Source: Planctomycetia bacterium
GTDB lineage: Bacteria > Planctomycetota > UBA8108 > UBA1146
DNA length: 64,000 nt
Direction of reading: 5' to 3'
Assembly: GCA_012269595.1 (NCBI GenBank)
Contig: JAAXJX010000027.1
Coordinates: 57,814 to 121,813, forward strand
Below, one piece after another: positions 26,495-36,595 of this stretch (its first letter is position 1; each line of letters begins with the position of its first letter). The position numbers and the translations under genes are program-made. The notes under the pieces are model-generated. The model saw only the letters and a list, made by a program, of their open reading frames with translations. It was not told where the DNA came from and searched no databases.

Positions 26495-28060
26495 TCAGTT
26501 GGAAGTCGTCTCTGAACTGACAGACTCGGCTTCGTTGGCCAGGAACCAGCTGGTCAGGAAAGCGAGTCGGGCCACGTTGGAGATCTTCTCCGGACTGACT
26601 GACTCCAGATCATCCTGGGGCATGTGGTAATCGTCGTGGAGCCCACCAAAGAAGAAGACGGATGGGATTCCTGCCCTCAGGAAGGGTGCCTGATCCGATC
26701 GATCCAGGAACTCTTCCATCCCCTCTTCATCAAGGGTCATTCCCAACGCCTTTGCACTTCGGGCGAGGTGCATGCCAAGAGACACGTCGCTAGATCGTTT
26801 TCCGACCATGACCGACTGAAGATCATTACGGCCAATCATATCGAGGTTGATCATTCCATGGAGTTGCTCATGGTCGTAGCCCGAACTGGCAACGAACGCA
26901 CTGGATCCATGCAAGCCCAACTCCTCAGCATCAAATGCGACAAACAGAATCGACCGCTTCGGTTTTTTACTGAGCAGGGCGTAGGCCTCAGCAATCTCCA
27001 GCATCGCTGCGACACCTGAAGCGTTATCGTCGGCCCCATTGTGGATTTCACCTTTTCCACCTCTGGAAAGGCCTTCGATCATTCCGCGACCCACATGATC
27101 ATAGTGGGCACCAATGACCACAAACTCGGATCGAAGCTGTGGGTCAGAACCCATGAACCGGGCAAGGACATTGCTGCCCAGGCTCAAATCCCTGCCAGCA
27201 CGACGAATTTCCAACTCAATCCGCGGGCGCCCCATCAGCAAGGGGCCATCGTCTGTCGATTGGAAAATCCATGAACGCTCGGGACGGCCCGAAATCTTCC
27301 ACAACTTGTCACAGCCTGTGGAGAAAACGCGTACCACCGGAATCGGCAGGCGCTCGCCCGATCCAAGGGCCCATGAATCGGGCTGTTGGAGGTCTGCCGG
27401 GACGGCTCCCACACCAACCAGAATCAGCCCGGTGCTCCCGCGGCTGGCAATCTGCTGACAGAAGTCACCGAGATCCTTGCGTGAGAGTGCTTCGGGAACG
27501 GGAAGCACAACGATTCGATCTTTGAGGGGATCTTTCCCTCGGGGATCACTCGCGACCAACTCACCAAAGGTAAAGACACAATCACCACTCAAGACAGAAT
27601 CGGGTGAATCGGCATGAGGCAAAAATTCGGAGGCGTACTTCAGATCCACGGACCTCAAGGCTTCTTCCGAAACTTTCAGACGCAGAAGATTGGAAGTTTC
27701 CAGCGGGCCTCGCTGCCCGGTTCTTCCTGGGATGATGAAACTCTGGCGCCACTCACCGTTCAATCCACCCGGCTTGAGGGATTGATTCATGAAAAATCTC
27801 TCGATGTAGTTGGCGGAATCGATGGCTCCAAGGGTTCCTGCAAGGCGTCCCCCACGTGCGTCGTCCGCCAGCCACGCCACATGATCACGACATTCCCGTC
27901 CCGTCACCGACTGGGAGGCATGCTTGACCTCATGATCGATTTTCGATTTGACGGCACGTTCTCCCAGAGGCCGCTGAGCGGAGAGAGGGAGGGAAGTGAA
28001 AAGAATCAGAAACAGGAGGACGATGCTCCTGGAACGCAAAAGGGAAGGAATCAACGCCAT
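26495..28060 (-). CDS. M28 family zinc peptidase with a PA domain, secreted
   Basis: Signal peptide. M28 metal-ligand regions (…VIGAHYDHVG…, …NGADDNASGVA…, …FVAFDAEELGLHGS…). Confidence 0.8.
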   Translation of the reverse strand: MALIPSLLRSRSIVLLFLILFTSLPLSAQRPLGERAVKSKIDHEVKHASQSVTGRECRDHVAWLADDARGGRLAGTLGAIDSANYIERFFMNQSLKPGGLNGEWRQSFIIPGRTGQRGPLETSNLLRLKVSEEALRSVDLKYASEFLPHADSPDSVLSGDCVFTFGELVASDPRGKDPLKDRIVVLPVPEALSRKDLGDFCQQIASRGSTGLILVGVGAVPADLQQPDSWALGSGERLPIPVVRVFSTGCDKLWKISGRPERSWIFQSTDDGPLLMGRPRIELEIRRAGRDLSLGSNVLARFMGSDPQLRSEFVVIGAHYDHVGRGMIEGLSRGGKGEIHNGADDNASGVAAMLEIAEAYALLSKKPKRSILFVAFDAEELGLHGSSAFVASSGYDHEQLHGMINLDMIGRNDLQSVMVGKRSSDVSLGMHLARSAKALGMTLDEEGMEEFLDRSDQAPFLRAGIPSVFFFGGLHDDYHMPQDDLESVSPEKISNVARLAFLTSWFLANEAESVSSETTSN

Positions 28061-28066
28061 GAAATC

Positions 28067-28285
28067 CTATCGTTCCCGATAAACGATCCGGCCTTTGGTC
28101 AGATCGTAGGGTGAGATCTGCAAGGTGACACTGTCACCGGGATTGATGCGAATGTAGTGCTTGCGCATCTTCCCGCTGATGTGAGCGAGTACGGTGTGGC
28201 CGTTCTCGAGTTCACAACGGAATGTCGTATTCGGCAAAGCTTCCTTGACGACCGCTGTCACCTCGATGGGCTCTTCCTTGGCCAT
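28067..28285 (-). CDS. infA: translation initiation factor IF-1
   Basis: [70 protein letters not shown] is near-universal IF-1 sequence. Internal Met start. Confidence 0.95.
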   Translation of the reverse strand: MAKEEPIEVTAVVKEALPNTTFRCELENGHTVLAHISGKMRKHYIRINPGDSVTLQISPYDLTKGRIVYRER

Positions 28286-28361
28286 GTGAGTCCTCTCTTT
28301 TGTCGCCCACTGAAGGAGCAACATTGGCAATCTGCTGGGGAAAGTCTAGCGACACTGGGCT

Positions 28362-28889
28362 CTAACTGCCACCGCTCCTGGGTGATACGACTGAAATGGA
28401 GCGCCTGTCGCGCTGCCCACGGACGATGGCAACCGCCAGGGCGTCTGCGGCATCCGCCGGTTTAGGCGGCTTTTCCAGTCCCAGAATCCTTTGAACCATG
28501 GCCTGAACCTGCTCTTTGCTGGCCCGACCATTTCCGGTAACACCGAGTTTGACTTCAGAAGCGGAAATCTCCCGCACAGGAAGCCCCGCTCTCCCGCATG
28601 CCACGATCGCGACTCCACGGGCTTCACCGGCGACGAGAGCACTGCGTGCATTCTTGCCCTGGAAGACCTCTTCCACCGCCGAAACTTCGGGTAAAAACCG
28701 GCGAATCACCGCAGAGATTTCCTCATCGATGGCAAGCAGTCTCTCTGCATGGGATTGGTCTCCACCGGTTTTCAGGGATCCGTATTCCACCAGTCGAAAG
28801 CCGGGACCGTCGACGTCCACGACCCCCCAACCCATCTTCGCCAGGCCCGGATCGATTCCCAGGATGCGTCCTTTCACAGGATCATTCAT
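28362..28889 (-). CDS. ruvC: crossover junction endodeoxyribonuclease RuvC
   Basis: ILGIDPGLAKMGWGVV...EEVF...GEARGVAI... are RuvC catalytic motifs. Confidence 0.9.
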   Translation of the reverse strand: MNDPVKGRILGIDPGLAKMGWGVVDVDGPGFRLVEYGSLKTGGDQSHAERLLAIDEEISAVIRRFLPEVSAVEEVFQGKNARSALVAGEARGVAIVACGRAGLPVREISASEVKLGVTGNGRASKEQVQAMVQRILGLEKPPKPADAADALAVAIVRGQRDRRSISVVSPRSGGS

Positions 28890-30198
28890 CCTTCTTGCCC
28901 TTCTCCCTGTAGAGAATTTTGACAGGAACCTCTGGGACCTCGAGAAGATCCCGGAATCTGTTTTCGATCATGCGCTTCAATTGGGGTGTGAAGTAGGAAG
29001 GTTGATTCACAAAAAGTGCAATCGTCGGCGGCATGACTGCAACCTGAGTTGCGTAGTAGATTTTCGGCTCCCGGCCATGCTTGACTCGGGGGCGGGGACC
29101 ATTGCGAATCTCATCCACAGCACGGTTCAAGACTCCGGTACTGACCCGCTTGTTCGCCTGCTTGGCCATACTTTGAACCAGTGAAATGCAACGGGTGACA
29201 TTTTTTGCCTTCTGCGCCGTCATGAACAACACCGGTGCGTAGGACAGGGAAGGAAGATTGCGAGTCAGGTACTCTTCGTATTCTTCCGTTGTGGTCTTGT
29301 CTTTGGCGAGGTCCCACTTGTTCACGGCAATCACACACGGCTTGTGTCGATCCACCACTTCCCTGGCGATGCGCATGTCCAGCTGGGAAGTTCCGTGCAT
29401 CGAATCAATCACCAGCACGACCACGTCAGAGCGGCCTATGGAGTGCAGTGCTCGATTCTGGGAGTAGAACTCCACGGATCCCTTGAGCTTGGAGTTCCTC
29501 AACAACCCCGCCGTATCGATGACCACGAACGGGATTCCATCTTTCTCAAATCGGATGTCGATGGCATCCCGGGTGGTCCCCGCTACATCACTGACGATGA
29601 CACGGTCTTCACCGATCAAGGCATTGACGAAAGTGGACTTGCCCGCATTGCGACGACCGACGATGGCGATCCGCAGAGCCGGTCGCTCACTGTGCTCACC
29701 ACCCAGAGGCAACAGATCCACACAGCGCTCGAGGAGTTCCACGACTCCCATTCCATGGGCTGCAGAGATGGGAATCGGCTCTTCCAGTCCCAGAGCCCAA
29801 AACTCCGAAACCATGTCTTCATCCCGGTCTGCTTCACACTTGTTGACAACCAGCAAGGTTGGTTTCTTGAGCGGACGAAGTCTCTTGGCCACTTCATGGT
29901 CGAGGGCCTGAAGTCCATCTTTTGCGTCAACGATCATCAGAACCAGATCGGCACTCGCAATCGCAGTATCGATCTGGTGATGAATATCCTGATCCAGCTC
30001 CGCTTCATCGGTGATACCCAGACCACCGGTATCGATCACTTCGACAACCCGGTCTCCGATTTCCACTTCGACCGTCACTCGGTCGCGGGTCACGCCCGGT
30101 TTATCGTGAACAATACTGATCCGCCTTTTGGCGAGCCGATTCAACAGCGTCGATTTACCGACATTGGGGCGACCGACGATGGCAATGCGTGAAATCAT
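28882..30198 (-). CDS. der: ribosome-associated GTPase Der (EngA), tandem GTPase domains plus KH-like domain
   Basis: Two G-domains with GxPNVGKS and DTAG motifs (IAIVGRPNVGKSTL..., IAIVGRRNAGKSTF...). Confidence 0.92.
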   Translation of the reverse strand: MISRIAIVGRPNVGKSTLLNRLAKRRISIVHDKPGVTRDRVTVEVEIGDRVVEVIDTGGLGITDEAELDQDIHHQIDTAIASADLVLMIVDAKDGLQALDHEVAKRLRPLKKPTLLVVNKCEADRDEDMVSEFWALGLEEPIPISAAHGMGVVELLERCVDLLPLGGEHSERPALRIAIVGRRNAGKSTFVNALIGEDRVIVSDVAGTTRDAIDIRFEKDGIPFVVIDTAGLLRNSKLKGSVEFYSQNRALHSIGRSDVVVLVIDSMHGTSQLDMRIAREVVDRHKPCVIAVNKWDLAKDKTTTEEYEEYLTRNLPSLSYAPVLFMTAQKAKNVTRCISLVQSMAKQANKRVSTGVLNRAVDEIRNGPRPRVKHGREPKIYYATQVAVMPPTIALFVNQPSYFTPQLKRMIENRFRDLLEVPEVPVKILYREKGKKDE

Positions 30199-30258
30199 GT
30201 CTCCCCTTTCCAGCGATTCTTCACAATGAGGCGATCCACAGGGTGCAGTCTATCCATT

Positions 30259-30750
30259 TCAGGATGGATTTGCAGGCGATCCCGGCTCCAGCAGGCGTAA
30301 AGCGCTCACCATACGGAATCGTGCGACCTTTTGCCCAGCGGCAAAACAGGCATGAATTTCGTCGGAGAGGTCGGCGCGTCCAGTCTGATCCAGATCTTTC
30401 CTTGCGGTCTCGAGCCTGTCCGGATCGAGGTGAAAATCGAAAAAGACGGACTCGGTGGCAGGGATCAGAAAGGAGGAATCCAGGCTTTTCAGCCATACCG
30501 ACAGATATTCCCCCTTCTTGACCAGGCTTTTCCAATAGAGCAGAGGAAAGAGAGGATCTGCGGCAGACATCAAAGCGCCCCCGAAGGTGGTTCCCATGAC
30601 ATTTCGGGTCAAAAGACTTTTGGCCACACGAACGCGTGCCCCGCGGAAATCATCTTCGATGGAAAGAACCCGAATCCCCTGAAAGAGAAAAGGGGGATAA
30701 AGGTTGAGCAGAAACCGCATTCTCGATGCTGAAGTTTCGGGGCCGATCAA
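30259..30750 (-). CDS. hotdog-fold thioesterase-like protein (DUF4442/PaaI-like)
   Basis: ...NVMGTTFGGALMSAADP... is a GG-containing central-helix motif of hotdog thioesterases. 163 aa. Confidence 0.5.
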   Translation of the reverse strand: MIGPETSASRMRFLLNLYPPFLFQGIRVLSIEDDFRGARVRVAKSLLTRNVMGTTFGGALMSAADPLFPLLYWKSLVKKGEYLSVWLKSLDSSFLIPATESVFFDFHLDPDRLETARKDLDQTGRADLSDEIHACFAAGQKVARFRMVSALRLLEPGSPANPS

Positions 30751-32576
30751 TCGATCGCTCCCTGCTTGGGTCCCGTCCGCAAGACGACTAAAAGGCAGGA
30801 GATATCCGCCGGACTGACTCCTGCGATCCGTTGTGCTGAGCCAATCGAGTCGGGACGCAATCTTTGCAGCTTCTCACGCGCCTCGGACCGCAATCCGGAA
30901 ATCGCTTCGTAGTCAAAATCATCGGGGATCAGCCACTGCTCCTGTCGGCGCATCCTCTCGACTTCGTCCTGCTGTCGCTCGATGTAATGCTCGTACCTGA
31001 CTGCGATTCGTACCCGTTCTTTCAGGGAATCACTCAATGACCAATCACTCGTTTCCGGTCGGACCGATTCAACGTCTTCCCAGGTTGCTCCGGGGGCACG
31101 GAGAATCTCATGAAGGCTCTTGGTCTCAACCGAAGTTTTGTGCAAGCGCTGAACCGTCTCCTCGACCATACAGGATTCCGCTTCCACCGCTTCCGCCTGC
31201 TCCTGACTGATCAATCCCAGATCTGCGCCCCTGCGGGCCAGTCGGAAATCAGCGTTGTCATGACGAAGCTGAAGGCGGAATTCCGCTCTCGAAGTGAACA
31301 TTCGATACGGCTCCCGGGGGTCACAACGCACCAGATCATCCGCAAGAACGCCCATGTAGGCTTCTTCCCTGCCGAGAATCAACGGAGCCTCGCCTTTCAG
31401 GGAGAGAGCCGCGTTGATTCCTGCAAGAAATCCCTGGGCGGCAGCCTCTTCGTAACCACTGGTTCCACAGATTTGCCCTGCAAGATAGAGCCCATCCAAG
31501 GCGCGGCACTCAAAGGTTCTGCGAATCTGATGGGGCGGAAAGAAGTCATACTCGACCGCATAACCATGCCTCAGGAAACGGGCAGACCCGAGACCTGGAA
31601 TTCTCGCCACCAATTGCTCCTGTGCATCGGCGGGCAAACTGGTGGAAATCCCGTTGACGTAGATGGAGTCGGTATTGAGACCTTCCCGCTCCAAATGCAG
31701 GGTGTGCCCCTGACGCTCTGGAAAACGGACAATCTTGTCTTCGATGGAAGGGCAGTAGCGTGGCCCCACCCCTTCAATTTGCCCGGAGTACATCGGACTC
31801 CGGTGCAAATGTTCACGAATCACCTCATGAACAGACTCATCTGTTTTGGTGACATGGCAATCCATCCATTCGCGACGGGGTGGCGGAGTCCAGTGACAGA
31901 ATCCATCGGGTTCCTGATCAGGGACCTGCGGAGTCAGAAGGCTCCAGTCGATGGATTTGCGATCGAGACGGGGCGGAGTACCCGTTTTCAGACGCCCGGT
32001 TTCAAGGCCAAGTGTTCCCAGAGCCCCCGTCAGGCCGGCGACAGCTCCCTCACCGACGCGCCCCCCGGATGTCACCTCTTCACCGATGTGCATGACCGCC
32101 CTGAGGAAAGTACCGTTGGTCATGATCACCTTGCGGCTGCGAATCACTGAATCGTCTTCTAGTCGCACACCGCCGATCCTGTTGCCGTCGAGATGAATAT
32201 CCTCCACGGATCCCTCGACCACTTGCAAACGCTCCTGCTTTGCCATCAACCGGCGCATCTCTTGGGAGTACAAATCCTTGTCGACCTGCGCTCGCAGAGA
32301 GCGCACCGCTTCTCCCTTGGATGTATTGAGCATGCGATAGTGAAGGCCAGCGAGATCAGTGACATACGCCTGGACTCCCCCCAGTGCATCCACCTCACGG
32401 GTCAACTGGCCTTTCCCGACCCCGCCGATCGCAGGGTTGCAGGAAAGGGCGCCGATGGTTTTTTCGCTGAGGGTGACCAGTGCGGTCTCAAAGCCCATTC
32501 GGGCACAGGCGAAAGCGGCCTCGCAACCGGCATGTCCTCCACCGACGACGATGACGTCAAAATCATGATCACTCAA
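30747..32576 (-). CDS. mnmG: tRNA uridine 5-carboxymethylaminomethyl modification enzyme MnmG (GidA)
   Basis: FAD-binding N-terminus DVIVVGGGHAGCEAA...; full-length MnmG conservation. Confidence 0.92.
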   Translation of the reverse strand: MSDHDFDVIVVGGGHAGCEAAFACARMGFETALVTLSEKTIGALSCNPAIGGVGKGQLTREVDALGGVQAYVTDLAGLHYRMLNTSKGEAVRSLRAQVDKDLYSQEMRRLMAKQERLQVVEGSVEDIHLDGNRIGGVRLEDDSVIRSRKVIMTNGTFLRAVMHIGEEVTSGGRVGEGAVAGLTGALGTLGLETGRLKTGTPPRLDRKSIDWSLLTPQVPDQEPDGFCHWTPPPRREWMDCHVTKTDESVHEVIREHLHRSPMYSGQIEGVGPRYCPSIEDKIVRFPERQGHTLHLEREGLNTDSIYVNGISTSLPADAQEQLVARIPGLGSARFLRHGYAVEYDFFPPHQIRRTFECRALDGLYLAGQICGTSGYEEAAAQGFLAGINAALSLKGEAPLILGREEAYMGVLADDLVRCDPREPYRMFTSRAEFRLQLRHDNADFRLARRGADLGLISQEQAEAVEAESCMVEETVQRLHKTSVETKSLHEILRAPGATWEDVESVRPETSDWSLSDSLKERVRIAVRYEHYIERQQDEVERMRRQEQWLIPDDFDYEAISGLRSEAREKLQRLRPDSIGSAQRIAGVSPADISCLLVVLRTGPKQGAID

Positions 32577-33918
32577 AGTCTGATTCTCCCGGCTGTGGAT
32601 CCCCGGCCTCGATCAGGCTCTCCAGTCTTTGGAAAAAGAGGGGATCGGATTTGCTGATGCAATCCGGTTGCAACACCCGGGTCCCGGGAACTTTGAGGGC
32701 CAGGAGGGAAAAGGCCATCGCCATTCGATGATCTCCTGCGGGATCAAGGTCTGCAGGACTCAAATGTGCCCCATCACTCCCCACAACTCGCAAAAGGTCC
32801 CCCTGGCACTCGGCGCGGATTCCCAAAGCTCGCATGCCTTCACAGAGGACTTCCAGGCGATCACTCTCCTTCACCTTGAGATGGGTCACTCCGGAAAAAA
32901 TCGATTCCCCGCGACTGAAGGCAGCAACAACCGCAAGGGGGGGAACCAAATCAGGAACCTCTTCCATGGCACAGGATAGTGGCCTGCGTGGTTCACCCTG
33001 AATACTGATCGAGGTATCACTGATCTCGACCTGACAACCCATATCCTTGAGGAGAGAAGCGATTCTCTTGTCTCCCTGCAACGTCTTGTTGCCAACCCCG
33101 ACCACCGTGACTTCACCTCCGGTGATCGCAGCCCCACACAGGGGAAAAGCGGCTGCAGAAGCATCCGCTTCTATGACGATTTTCCCACTCTTGAGTTGGG
33201 GACACGACGAGACCTTCAGATCCCGCGCCCCCACCTCCGTTTGGACACCAAAGGCTTTCAGCACAGTCGCAGTCAGATCGATGTAGGGTCGAGAGGAGAT
33301 CGGTCCCACCAAGCGAACCTGAAGTCCGGATTGTGTATGGGGAGCGAGCAGCAAAAGTGCGCTTGCGAACTGACTCGACAGGGCAGATTGAAGGACCACT
33401 CGCCCTCCATCTATTGCCCCTCCCTTGACCTTCACTGGCATATACCCCGGTTCACCGAGGTATTGGATGTCCGCTCCCAACTTCTTCAGGGCATCCACCA
33501 GAGGTCCCACGGGACGATGGGTTTCACCCTTGATTACAGTCTGTCCGGGCCTCAGGGCAGAAAGAGCCGTCAGGAAACGCATCGCCGTTCCATTCGACTC
33601 CAGATCAAGCTCGATTTCCTCTACCGACTGATCAGCGGACCATGGAGAAGGATTGCCCTTGAGAATCCAGTCCCCGTTTTTATCCTGACTGAGATCCGCC
33701 CCCAACTTTTGCAGTGCCCCACAAAAGACCCTCAAGTCGCCGCATTCGGGAGCACCGACGATGCGACTTTCTCCTGCAGCAAAGAAAGCATTGAAAAGGA
33801 CCCGTTGGGCAACAGATTTGGAACCCTGAACCGAGACCTGCCCTGTCAATCGGGCGTTGTCAGGGGCCTGCCAGGAATCGTGGGTCTTCAGGGAATTCTC
33901 CATGGCTACAGCATACAT
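32569..33918 (-). CDS. aroA: 3-phosphoshikimate 1-carboxyvinyltransferase (EPSP synthase)
   Basis: ...VQGSKSVAQRVLF...; EPSP synthase domain architecture, 449 aa. Confidence 0.88.
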   Translation of the reverse strand: MYAVAMENSLKTHDSWQAPDNARLTGQVSVQGSKSVAQRVLFNAFFAAGESRIVGAPECGDLRVFCGALQKLGADLSQDKNGDWILKGNPSPWSADQSVEEIELDLESNGTAMRFLTALSALRPGQTVIKGETHRPVGPLVDALKKLGADIQYLGEPGYMPVKVKGGAIDGGRVVLQSALSSQFASALLLLAPHTQSGLQVRLVGPISSRPYIDLTATVLKAFGVQTEVGARDLKVSSCPQLKSGKIVIEADASAAAFPLCGAAITGGEVTVVGVGNKTLQGDKRIASLLKDMGCQVEISDTSISIQGEPRRPLSCAMEEVPDLVPPLAVVAAFSRGESIFSGVTHLKVKESDRLEVLCEGMRALGIRAECQGDLLRVVGSDGAHLSPADLDPAGDHRMAMAFSLLALKVPGTRVLQPDCISKSDPLFFQRLESLIEAGDPQPGESDFE

Positions 33919-34020
33919 CGAGCCACCCCCTTGTCACAGTCAGCCGCCCTGTTGCATTCGCATTTCTGGGTGCCATCCTGAGGCCAAAACCGGTTCGAGA
34001 ACTTCTTTGGAGGGGCCTCC

Positions 34021-36579
34021 ATGATGAGCCATATGCGTGATTCACTGATTTTCTGGTTACTGTTGCTTGTACTCGCTCCCCTGAACCTGCCGGGTCAGGC
34101 AAAGTCCCCTACCGAATTCATGGGACGTGCACCCGGAACCGATTTCGAGTTGGCAGGATGGGAAACCATCGGCGGTTGGTTTGACCAGTTTGGGGAAAGC
34201 ACTCCGACAGCGATGACTCTCAATGTCGGAACCTCCACCGAAGGTCGTCCTGTCAGAATCTGTGTGATCTCGTCCAAGGAAAATTTGGCCAACCTGGATC
34301 GTATCAAGGAGATCAGCAAAGCGATGGCCGACCCCCGCGAACTGTCCCCGGCCATGGCGGAATCACTGGTTGCCGAAGCAGTCCCTGTCGTCTTCGTCTC
34401 CTGCAACATGCACTCGACAGAAATTGCCGCCGCAGAGTGGTCGATGACTCTCGCATGGGATCTGGGAACCTCCGACGCTGAAGTGTGGGAACAGGTTCGC
34501 GATGAAGTTGTGACCGTCATCATTCCCACGGTCAACCCCGATGGCCTCGACCGGGTCGTCAACTGGTACCGACGTATCGTGGGAACTCCTTACGAAGACG
34601 CCTATCTTCCTGAGCTGTACCAGTTGTACGCAGGCCATGACAACAACCGTGACTGGTTTGCCCTGTCTCTCGAAGAAACCAAAATCGTCACACGAATGCT
34701 CTACAAGGAGTGGTTCCCAACCATCTACTGGGATGTGCACCAACAGGGCTCCCTTCGGGAACGAATGTTTGTTCCCCCATTCCGAGACCCCCTGAATCCC
34801 AATCTGCACCCGCTGACCATCTCCGGAATCGGTGCATTGGGATCCCGTGCCATGCTCGACATGACCGCAGCCGGTTTCACCGGAATCTCCAGCGGCGTCA
34901 GTTACGACATGTGGTGGAATGGTGGTAACCGTAACGTTCCCGTTCGCCACAACATCATCGGTATCCTCTCGGAAGCGGCCTCCGCCAATCTGGCCAGTCC
35001 TATCTGGATCGATCCTTCTGACCTGGTCGCACCGCGAGGCATCGAAACGGGATACGCGCCCTCCAATCGCTTTCCCGCACCCTGGCCCGGAGGCTGGTGG
35101 CGGGTCGGCGACATTCACCGTTACACCACCTCTCTCGGTGAATCCCTTCTGGGGAGCGTCGCCCGGGAACCAGAAACCTGGGTCAGAAATTCCCTGCGTG
35201 TTGCCCGTGACGTGGTTCAGAAAGGGCGCGACGAAGCCCCCCGTTACTGGCTGATTCAACCGGGCCAGCGAGATGCCAATGCTGTCAGCCGGATTTTGAC
35301 GATTCTCGATTCACAGGGCGTCGAGATGTTTGTCGCACAGGAAGATTTTGAGGGAGACGGTCGACCCTATTCCGCAGGGACCCTGATTCTTCCGCGAGAA
35401 CAACCCTACGGCTCATTCCTCAAGGATCTGTTCGAGGTTCAGCGTTATCCGGATGGACCGGCTCCTTATGATGTGGCCGGCTGGACCCTTCCCCTGCTCT
35501 TTGGCATCGAACGGGTGGAGATTCTTCAGTCTATGAATGTTGCGATGAAGAAACCGGATGATCTGAATGTCCTGACAACCACTCTTTCAAGGACACCTGA
35601 GAACCCCGAGGTCATTGCCCAGTTGGGTGAAGACCATTTCAAGGCCACACAGCTCGATCTTCATGGTACCCAATGGGTGAGAGAGATCATGAAGGCCTGG
35701 GGTAAAGATCAACGGGTCATTCTCCACGGAGGACGCAATCTCCAGGGAGTAAGTAAAAAACCTACAGTCCTGACGGTCGGCTCTGAAAAAACAGAGTCTG
35801 AGAAGGATTCGGTGGCCCGATTTTCTGCAAAATACGTCTATGCGGCCCCACCCCGGGTGGGTGTGTATGCCCCCTACGTCGCCAGCAAGGATGAAGGCTG
35901 GCTGCGCTGGGTTCTCGATCACTACGAGATTCCCTTCAAAAGAATCCGAAATGAACAGATCCGTGCCGGTCGACTTGAAGACTTCATCGACGTGCTGATC
36001 ATTCCCGACATCAGCGAACGGGTGATCCGTGACGGCCGCAAGCCGGGGAGTGTTTTCCCGGAACTGGCTGGAGGGCTCTCTCCCGAGGGTGTGATTCACC
36101 TGGAAAGTTTTGTGCAGCGCGGCGGCCGATTGATCTGCTGTGGGCGATCCACCGACTTCGCAATCGATCAGTTCAACCTGCCACTGGTAGAGGCCACTCA
36201 GGGAACCGAGGAGTTACCTGCACTGAGTTGTCCCGGGTCGATCCTGCGAACCCTCCCTGTCGAACAGGAAGTCGGTCCATGGACCCACCTGCTTCCTGAA
36301 ATGGTTTCCATCTTCCATTCCGGATCCCGGGCCTGGCACGTCGCCGATACCGCTGAAGAACACCAACCGGAGGTGATTTCGCTCCTGGAATACCCCCGGA
36401 GTGAAATCCTCCTCTCCGGATATGCCAAGAATACGGCAACCATCGCTGGAGCAAGTACCTGGGTCACTTCCAGGGTCGGCGATGGCCGCCTTCACCTGTT
36501 TGGATTCAGACCCCATTACCGCTCTTGGCCCCATGGCAACTTCGAACTGCTGATGCGCGCCATCTTCTTTAGACACTGA
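34021..36579 (+). CDS. M14 family zinc carboxypeptidase-like protein with a large C-terminal extension, secreted
   Basis: Signal peptide. HSTE (HxxE zinc-ligand motif) in ...VFVSCNMHSTEIAAAEWS... Overall M14-like N-domain. Confidence 0.65.
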   Translation: MMSHMRDSLIFWLLLLVLAPLNLPGQAKSPTEFMGRAPGTDFELAGWETIGGWFDQFGESTPTAMTLNVGTSTEGRPVRICVISSKENLANLDRIKEISKAMADPRELSPAMAESLVAEAVPVVFVSCNMHSTEIAAAEWSMTLAWDLGTSDAEVWEQVRDEVVTVIIPTVNPDGLDRVVNWYRRIVGTPYEDAYLPELYQLYAGHDNNRDWFALSLEETKIVTRMLYKEWFPTIYWDVHQQGSLRERMFVPPFRDPLNPNLHPLTISGIGALGSRAMLDMTAAGFTGISSGVSYDMWWNGGNRNVPVRHNIIGILSEAASANLASPIWIDPSDLVAPRGIETGYAPSNRFPAPWPGGWWRVGDIHRYTTSLGESLLGSVAREPETWVRNSLRVARDVVQKGRDEAPRYWLIQPGQRDANAVSRILTILDSQGVEMFVAQEDFEGDGRPYSAGTLILPREQPYGSFLKDLFEVQRYPDGPAPYDVAGWTLPLLFGIERVEILQSMNVAMKKPDDLNVLTTTLSRTPENPEVIAQLGEDHFKATQLDLHGTQWVREIMKAWGKDQRVILHGGRNLQGVSKKPTVLTVGSEKTESEKDSVARFSAKYVYAAPPRVGVYAPYVASKDEGWLRWVLDHYEIPFKRIRNEQIRAGRLEDFIDVLIIPDISERVIRDGRKPGSVFPELAGGLSPEGVIHLESFVQRGGRLICCGRSTDFAIDQFNLPLVEATQGTEELPALSCPGSILRTLPVEQEVGPWTHLLPEMVSIFHSGSRAWHVADTAEEHQPEVISLLEYPRSEILLSGYAKNTATIAGASTWVTSRVGDGRLHLFGFRPHYRSWPHGNFELLMRAIFFRH

Positions 36580-36595
36580 TCAAGTAGCACTCCGA